From assembly GCA_964579695.1 (NCBI GenBank), contig CAZOHI010000003.1, positions 11,384 through 75,383 on the forward strand: a DNA stretch of 64,000 bases. The letters run 5' to 3'. Every line of letters starts with the position of its first letter. The stretch's first letter is position 1. Below the pieces are notes generated by a model. The model worked only from the letters and a program-made list of their open reading frames with translations, did not search any database and was not told the DNA's origin. This document shows, piece after piece, positions 48,001-57,000 of the stretch. The translations under genes and the position numbers were made by a program. Source of the stretch: an uncultured Caulobacter sp. Lineage in GTDB: Bacteria; Pseudomonadota; Alphaproteobacteria; Caulobacterales; Caulobacteraceae.

Positions 48001-51000
48001 ACTCGTCCTTGACGTCGATTCCCCAAGGAACCTGCACGAGGTTGAAGATCGCCATCACCCGCTGGCCGGCCGCGTCGTAGAGGTGCTCGGTGCCCAGTTC
48101 CCCGCGTACGATCGTGGTGCCAGACGCCCCCGCAGTTCCCGACAAGGTTCCCTGGGTAGTCACGAACCGATTCATGGAGTCGTAGGCGTACCAGTAGTCC
48201 TGACTCTCATAGAGAGCGGGTGATGAGGCCGTCATCCGGCGGATGTTGCCCTGGGCGTCATACTCCCAAGCCACGTTGATTGTGCCGGATGTGCCCGACG
48301 CATCGTCAACGAAGCTCAGCATACGGTTCAGCGCGTCATAGGTGACGACGGCGTTCTGGTGCACCGTCGTGGCGCCCTCGATAAGTTGCTCCGTGAACCA
48401 GTCGTAGTTCCAGAAGGTTGAGGCGTAGTTTTCCTTTAGGCGGTTGCCCCCCACATCGTAAACGTACTGGGCCGTGACATTATATCCGTAGTATCCCGCG
48501 TACCCTGTAGCATCGACGTTTCCTGCCATCAGGCCGGTATTGAAGTAGGAATAGGTGATGTTTTGGTCGGCCGTGCTCGTCTGAGACACAAGGCGTCCAG
48601 CCTTGTCGAAAGTAAGGGTATAGACGTGGCCGCCGTAGTCTGTCCTCGCGGCCATCCGCCCGAAATAGTCGGTCTTCTCCGTCGAGGTCTTATTGGCCGG
48701 AATGGTCGTCAGCTTCGTCCAGCCGCCGAAGGCCCCAAGCCCCCCCGTGGCGATCGCCGGATCCCACGTATAGCTGTAGGTCGTGACGTTGCCGCCGAAG
48801 TCCTGCATCCTGGTGACTCGGCCCTTGTAGTCGTAGTCCGTCGCCTCCTTCACCAACGATCCGAGCTGGCTGTTCCAGTGCGTCAGACGCCGGCCTAGGC
48901 CGTCGTAGGTGTAATTCTCTGTGAGCTGCACCCCGCCCGAACGCTGCGGCCGCACTATGGTCAGCAAACGGCCGCCCTTGTCGTAGGCGCGGGTCTCGAC
49001 CGCTCCGAGGCCGTTGGTAAACTTGCGCGCATTTCCGAGGAAGTCGTAGCCGATCTGCTCGATGCTGGTATCGGCATGGAACTTTGCCGTGACCTTGGCC
49101 TCCTCGCCGCCATGGCCCGAGCCGGCCAGCAGGGTCCGCCGCTCGACGTTGCCGTTGGCGTCCTCCGTGGCGATCAGGCGTCCGGAGACGTCGTAGTAGT
49201 AGGCCTCTTCCGGTCGTGTCAGGTAGGCCCCGCCGTCCTCCCCCGTCACGCTCACCTCCGGGCTGGTCTTCAGCACCAGCCGGCCCATGGTGTTGTAGGC
49301 AAAGTCGGTCGTGTGGCTGCGAGCGTCGGTCTCGGAACTTACCTCTCCGAAGGCGTTGTAGGTGCGCCCCTTGACGATGTCGGCGGTAGCGTATGTCGAC
49401 GCTCCGGTCTTCGCCAACTGCCGCTGCGGTTCGCGTGTGGAGGTCGCCTGCCCGCGCTTGTCGTAGGTGGTGATGGTGGCGACGACGCCGTCGACGGCGA
49501 CGGCGCCCACCGCGTTGGCGCCGTTGTTGGTGAGCAGCGCGAGCGCGGTGGCGGCGGTGTGGGTCGCCAAGTCCGTGCCCACCGAGGCGATCTCGAGCGT
49601 GATCCGACCGGTCGCATCGTGGAGGAGTATCCGCGTCGAGCCAGTGTCGGCGTTTGTGCGCCACAGGCGCCCGCCAGCGTCGTAATCGAAAGTCTCCTGA
49701 TAGACGGCGGCGACGGTGGCGTCGCCGGTGACCCCGCGCCCGGTCAACTGGCCGAAGCTGTCGTAGCGGTAGTGGGTGGTGTCGCCGAAGGTCCAGGTCG
49801 AGCCGCTGAGGACGGCCGTACTCTCCAGCTTCGCGCGGCCCAGGGCGTCGTATCGCCAGGCGCGAGCCTCGGTGACGGTGGTCCCGTCAGACCTGGCGCG
49901 GGTGTAGCTTTCCTTCACCACGCGCCCGGTGACATCGTAGGCGTAGCTGCGTGTGAAGCCCGTGGCGTCGGTCATCGAGGCCATGCGCCCGCCGGCGCCG
50001 TAGGTGAAGGTGGTCAGGCGGTCGTCGGCGGAGGTTCCCGAGGCCTTGCGCTCGGTCATGCGGGAAAGGTTGTTTAGGCCGTCATACTCGTAGACGGTCC
50101 GGTGCTGGACGTTGGTGCCAAGGTGGTCCGTGAAGGCCGACTTGGTGGCCGTGGACTGCCGGCCGCCCACGTCGTAGGCGTAGTCGATGTAGTCGCCGTT
50201 GGCCTCGGTCTTGCGGGTCACTTGGCCCAGGCCGTTGTAGGTGTAGGTGATGGTGGCGTTGGCCGCGCCGGCCTGCAGCACGCCGATGCTTGTCACCTCG
50301 TGGGCGTTGACGGCCAGGCGGGTCTCGGTGAGGCGCCGGCCGTTTCGGTCATAGGCGAAGGTGGTGGTCCGATCGGCGGCGTTCCCGGCCACGCCGGCGC
50401 GCAGGGTGACGGGGTTGCTGGCGATCGTCACCGTCCCGGTCAGCTTGGTGGCGAACCGCTCTTCCTTGAGCACGTTGCCCTCGGCGTCGCGCTCATAGAC
50501 GGTGAGGTAGTTATCCTGATCGACCTGGGCGCTCTGGCGGCCAAGCCTGTCGTAGAACAGGAAGGTGCTGTTGCCACGCTCGTCGATCCGCTCGATGACG
50601 TTGCCGGCGACGTCGTACTTCGCCTGGGTCGTAATGTCCCCCGTCGAGGTCGCGTAGGCCGAGCCGTACTCGCCAGTCGTCAGGCCGACCACCTTGGTCA
50701 GGACCAGTCGGTTGTTGCGGTCGTACTCGAAGAGCGTCTCGCGATAGTTGGAGGCGTTGACCGGGACCGGGGCCGTTCCACCCGCTGTCGGCGTCGTGGT
50801 CAGGAAGTCGCCATAGATCCGCGCCTTAGTGGCGTTGCCGTTGGCGTCGTAGGTCCAGACCTTCAGCGAATTCATCGCATCGACCTCGGCCACCTTGCGG
50901 TTCAGGTCGTCGTACCAAGCAAAGGTGATGGCGTCGGCCGCGTCGGTGGTTTGGATGAGGTTGCCGCGCTTGTCGTAGGCATAGGTCTCGGTCGGGGTGA

Positions 51001-54000
51001 CGGTCGTGACCGTGCTCAAGTTGTCGGCCGTTACCTGCACGGCGTCGCCGCTCTTGGAGACCAGGCGGTCAAGCTTGTCGTAGGCGTAGGCGGTGGTGCG
51101 CTGCTCGGCCAGCCCGAAGGCCTCTATCGACTGGATCCGGTTGCCGCGGGCGTCGTAGGCGTACTTGTTAATGACGCTGGTCGCCTGCACGGTCCCGCCC
51201 GCCAGCACGGAGTTGATCGGCAAGGTCTCAGTCAGCAGCAAGCCGCGCTTGTCAAAGGTATTGGTGGTTATCCCGCCCAGCTTGTTGCGCACCGATATCC
51301 GGTCGCCGAAGGCGTCAAGGGTGTAGTTCTCGTACGCCCCTTCGGCATCCGTGACCCGCGTCACTCGGCCCAGCTTGTCCCGGGCGATGGTCGTGGTGGC
51401 GTCTTTGGCGTTGGTGACCAGGGTAGGTGGCGCGCCCACCGCCGCCCCGGTCGTGGCCGTGTAGTAGCGCTTGATCGTCAGCGGCTCACCGTGGACCGAA
51501 TAGGTGGTCTGGGTTGCGTAACCCTCAGGATCAACCTGCAGCGTCAGTCGGCCAGCCTTGTCGTAATAGAAGTGGCCGACATTGCTCCGCGGGTCGGTCA
51601 CCTTCACCAGGTTACCCACGGCGTCGTATTGGTTGGTCGTCACGGCGTTGACGCCGACGTCCAGCGGCACGCTCACCGTCAGTAACCGCCCGGCGGCGTC
51701 ATAGGTCCGGGTGGTGACGAAGCCGCGGCCGTCCGTCGTGGTTAGCACCCGGCCCAGGGCGTCGTAGGTGTAACTGGTGGTTGAGGCTTCGGCCGTGCCG
51801 TAACCCCGCGTCTCGCTGGTCACGCGGCCGGCGCGGTCATATACGCGCCGGGTGACCGCCTCGTCGGTCGTATTGTAGGCGACCTTGGTTTCGGTCACTT
51901 GGCCGATGGCGTCCATCACCAGGCGCGTCACCACTCCTTCGGGATCGGTGACGTCGGTGAGCCGGCCGGCATTGTCGTACGCGAAGGTGGTTGTCGCCGC
52001 GCCAGCCGGGCTGCCGATCAGCGTGGTCAGGCTAGGCACGGTGGCGCCGTCCGACACCGTATAGGCGGCGGCGTAGCGGACCTTCTCTGTCACCTGGCCC
52101 GCGCCGTTGTAGACGTACCGGGTAACATAGCCCTCGGCATCGACCTCGAAGGTCGCCCTGCCGTCGCCATCGTAGACGACACGGCTTGCCCGATCGGGGG
52201 CGGTAGTGGAGACCGCCGCAAGCACCTGTGCCTCGGTCACCGCCAGCGGCCAACTGCTCAGGGTCGCGGCCAGGACCTTCGTCGCGTAGGCATAGGTCTT
52301 GGTGACCCGGCCCTCGCCGTCATAAGTCAGCCGCGTGACCGCCCCCTCGGCGTCCACGGTCCAGGTCAGCCGGTTCTCGGCGTCGTAGACGTAGCGGGTC
52401 TTCGCGCTGGCCGCGTCCGTCTTGGCGGCCACGTTGCCGTTTTTGTCGTAGGTATAGCTCGTGCTCAGGTTCAGACCGGTCGGATCGACCCGCGTCTGGG
52501 TAAGGCGGTCGGCCCGGTCGTAGACGTAGCTTGTCGCGCGGACAGCGGCCGTACCCACCCCTTCGGTCGCCGTCAGCATCCTGCCGGACCGGTCGTAGGT
52601 ATACTCCGTACGCAGCGCCAGCCCGCCCGGGTCGATCACAACGGCGGTCTTCTGGCCCTTCCTGTCGAAGGTGATCTCGGTGACCGTACCGCCGGCGTCG
52701 GTAACCTGTACCCGCTGGCCCTTGGCGTCGTAGCCATAGGTCGTGGTCAGGTTCAGGCGACCGGCGCCTTCGTCCACAACCTGGGTCAGCACCCGGCTGG
52801 CGGCGTCGTACGTGAAGGCCGTCTTGGTCCCCAAGGCGTTGGTGACCAGGACGATTCGGCCCGCCTTGTCGTAGGCGTTGGTCGTCGTCCCCGCTGCATC
52901 CGACACCGTCTTGAGCGCGCCGTCCTTGTCGTAGCCATAGGTGGTCGTGCGGCCCGCCCCGTCGACGATCGACAGGGTCTGGCCATGGGCGCTGGTGTTG
53001 GTGGTCGTCGAGATTCCCTCGGCCGTGGTCATCACCACCTGGCGACTGAAGGCGTTGTAGGTGAAGCTCGTCGTCTTGCCGTTGCGGTTGGTGACCGTCA
53101 GCGTGTTGCCGCGGCCGTCGTAGGTGTAGCTCGTGGTCTGCCCCAGGGCGTCCGTAGAGGCGATCGTCCGCCCCGCCCGGTCATAGGCTGTGGAGCGCAC
53201 CGCGCCGTTCGGGTCTGTGACCTGCACCGCCCGGCCGAAGGCGTCGTAGACCGCGCTGCTGATCAGGTTGAGACCGGTGGCGTCGACGGTGCTGGACAGC
53301 AGCAACCCTCGCCTGTCGTAGACGCTGGCCGTGGTGACGGAAATGGAGCTAGTGAACGGCTTGGTCCGGCTTACCTCCTCGCCGAATGCGTTGTAGGCGT
53401 AGGTCGTCGCATAGCCCAGCGAATCCACCGACTGGCTAACCGTGCCGGTGACGTTGTAGCCGAGCGTCACCTTGCTGTCGGCGGCAGCGTTGGTGATCGC
53501 GGTGACGGCATTTGTCAGGGCGGTATCGACCACCCCGCCGTTCAGCGTCGCCAACGTTCCTGAGGCGATGCGGGCGGCATAGGCGATGGTGTCCGATCGC
53601 TGACCGAAAACGTCGTATCGTTGCTCGACGACCTCGCCCAGGGCGTTGATCGTGTGGGTCAGGGCCCCGTCGGTGTTGTAGTAATAACGCGTCTTGCGTC
53701 CGGACGAGCCCGTGCCGTCCGGGTCAATCCTGGCGACCAGCCGGTCGGCCGCATCGTAGACGTAGGTCACGCCCCAGGTGGCGTAGACATTGTCGATCTG
53801 GGACTGGGTGGGGCTACCCCCCAAGGCCGCCAGCGCCGCGCTTCCCTCCCCCGACAGCGAGCCGACCAGCCGTCCGCGCACGTCATAGCGTTGCGTTTGA
53901 GTGCGAGGATCGGCCGTGGTTCCGGAAACGGCCGACGACACCAGCCGCCGCTGGGCGTCGTATGTATAGGTGATGGTCTCGTTGCCGCTGGCCAGCGTGC

Positions 54001-57000
54001 GCACTTCGGTCAGGGCCTGACCGTAGAGGTTGCGCGTCCAGGTCGTCGTCTCCAACGATCCGCTGGCCGGAGCGCTGGCCACGCTCGCCAGCGTCGGCGG
54101 CGTGGCGATCAGGGTGGTGGGATTGAGCTTCTGCCCCCGGACCTCCTGGTCGAGGTAGCCCAGCGCGGTGTAGCGGTAGCGGACGATGTCGCCCTCGCCG
54201 TTCACCGTCGCCCGCAGGAAGTCGCGGCCGTCATAGACGAACCAGTTGTGAATGTCCTTGGGATTTGTCGTCGCCGTCACGCCCGCCAGCAGCGTCGCGA
54301 AGCTGCCTCCCGCGCGATCGACCTGGGCGGTCACAGTCGCATAGCCGATAGTCTTGGTCTTGCGGCCGGCCTCGTCGTAGACGACCTGGGTCAGGTATCC
54401 TTCACCGTCCAGTGTCCCGATCAAGCGCCCGTCGGCGTCGTAGAAGTTGCGGATCGTGCGATCATCGGCAGCATTGGCCGTTACACTCACCGGCGCGGTC
54501 GGCAGGGTGGTCTTGTATCCCGCTACCGCCACCACGGTGGCGTAAGCGGTGGTCGATACCAGCCGCGAGGCGCCGTCGTAGGCGTATGACCTCACCGCCC
54601 CCCCCGCATCAATGGTCTGCGTCAGGCGCCCGGCGGCGTCATAGATGCGCCACTCCCAGCGGTCGGCCGCGTTCGAAGAGGGCCTCACGCTCGACAGTTG
54701 CACCGCGGTGGGCTGGCCGCCGCTGAGCAGGGAATTCAGTTGCCCAGCGCTCAACAGGTTCTTGTAGGCGATGGTCGCGACCAGGCGGTCGTTGGCGTCG
54801 TACCGGTACTCTACCAGCGAGCGGTCGACGCCGATCTCCGCGACCTTCCGGCCCACATGGTCATAGAGATAATGGGAGCCGACTCCCGTCGGGTCGGACA
54901 CGTAGCGGAGGCGGCCCATCGCATCGTAGCTGTACTGCGTTGTGACGGTAGCCATACCGGAGGCGGCCTCGGCATAGCTGATTAGCTCGCCGGCCTTGTT
55001 GTAGGTCGAGACTTGCTGCAGTCCGTTCGACAGCGTGATCGTGGTGGTCGTGGCCGGGTCGTCGAAGGCGATGGTGGTGGTGACGGTGTTGAAATCGCTG
55101 GCGATCAGCCGACCCATGCCGTCGTACAGGAACGTCTCCGACGGGCCCGAGCCGCCCACTTGACGGCTTAGCAGCCGGCCAGCCTGGTCGTATACGTAGG
55201 TGATCTGGCTGGAGGCGCCGGACGTATCCGCCGCCCCCGAGCTCAGGGTCTTTTCCCAGCTCGTCACAGTCGCGACGTTGCCGCGGAAGTCGTAGGTGGT
55301 GTCGGTGCGGGTGGTCGTGCTCTTGTTAGAGATGCCGGACGCCCACGTATTCATTGTGGAGTCGCTCAGGCTCGCACCCGGCGCCAGGCCGGAGATGTTG
55401 TAGGCGTTGGCTGCGTAGTCTATGGCCGCTGTCTGACGCCCCTGCGTATCGTAGACGTACCGGGTGACATGCCCTTCGGCGCTCACCACGTAGGTGAGGT
55501 GGTTCTCGGCGTCGTAGACGTAGCGTGTGGTGAATGGCGTACTGACCGCCGCGCCGCCTGAGGAGATGGTCGCCACGGTCACCGTGACCGTGTCGGTGTG
55601 CCCGTTCCCATCCGAGATCGTATAGGTGAAGCTGTCGGCGCCCGCGCTTGTACGAGTGTAGACGATCTTCCCACCGACAATCGTGGCCGTACCTTTTCCC
55701 GGCGTCGAAACCGCCGTAACGGTCAGGGTGTCGCGGTCGAAGTCGGCGTCGTTCACCCTCGGGTCGAAGGTGATCGCATCGCCTACGGCGTTGACCACGA
55801 TAGTGTCCGCCACCGCATTTGGAGCCTGGTTCGAAGCTGGCGGATCAAGGACCGTGACTGTGGCGGTGTTCGTCCCGCCGCGTCCGTCCGAGATCGTGTA
55901 GGTGAAACTGTCCGTTCCCGCACTCGAGCGCGTGTAGGTAATCCCCGTCCCGCCCCCGATGATCGACACCGTGCCCTTGGTCGACCCCGACGCCGCCGTG
56001 ATCGTCAGGCCGTCCGTATCCGGGTCGCTGTCGTTGGCTCGCGGGTCGAAGCTCACCGACGAACCGACCCCCACCGTTACCTGGTCGACCGCCGCCGTCG
56101 GCGCCCCGTTCGTCCCCGGCAGCACGTCGGCCACCGTGACAGTCACTGTTTGACTGTGGCCGTTCCCGTCCGACACCGTGTAGGTGAAGCTGTCGGACCC
56201 TGCGCTCGTGCGCGTGTAGGTGATTTTGCCCGCCGACAGGGTCGCCGTGCCCTTGCCGGGCGTCGACACCGCCGTGATCGTCAGGGTGTCGACGTCGACG
56301 TCCCTGTCGTTGACCAACGGATCGAATGTCAGCGCATCGCCGATTCCCCTCACCACGATGGAGTCCGCCATCGGAGTTGGCGCCTGATTGGCGGGTGGCA
56401 TCCCGATTGTAATGGTCGCAGTGGCGGTCTGCCCGCCCGCAGTGATTGTATAGGTAAAGCTGTCGGTGCCTGCGCTGGTGCGCGTATACAATATCGCGGT
56501 TCCGCCACCGACTATAGTGGCCGTGCCTTTTGTGGGGGTGGAAACGGCCGTGATCGTTATCGCATCCAGATCGACGTCGCCGTCGTTCGCCCGAGGGTCG
56601 AAGGTAAGAGAACTGCCAACGATTACATCGTCTGCGTTAGCGACGGGAGGCTGATCACCAAACCCCGACATCACAACGATATCGCCGTAGGACTCCCCAC
56701 CTCGCCCGTCCGACACAGTATACCATAAATACTCATAGTATCCGGGACCGGTATATTCGATCGCGGTTCCCCCACCCACAATGGTCGCTGTACCGTAGAA
56801 CGCTCCATTCACCGATGTGATAATGAGCGGATCCCCGTCCGGGTCGTAGTCATTCACCCGTGGATCGAATATCTTGGGAACCCCACCAACTACATCTACA
56901 AAGTCGACCTGGGTGAATGGGTCGCCGTTTGCGCCCAAGCTATCGTCGATTTCGACTGTCGCCGTAGTCGTATTCCCATGCCCGTCAGACAGGGTGTAGG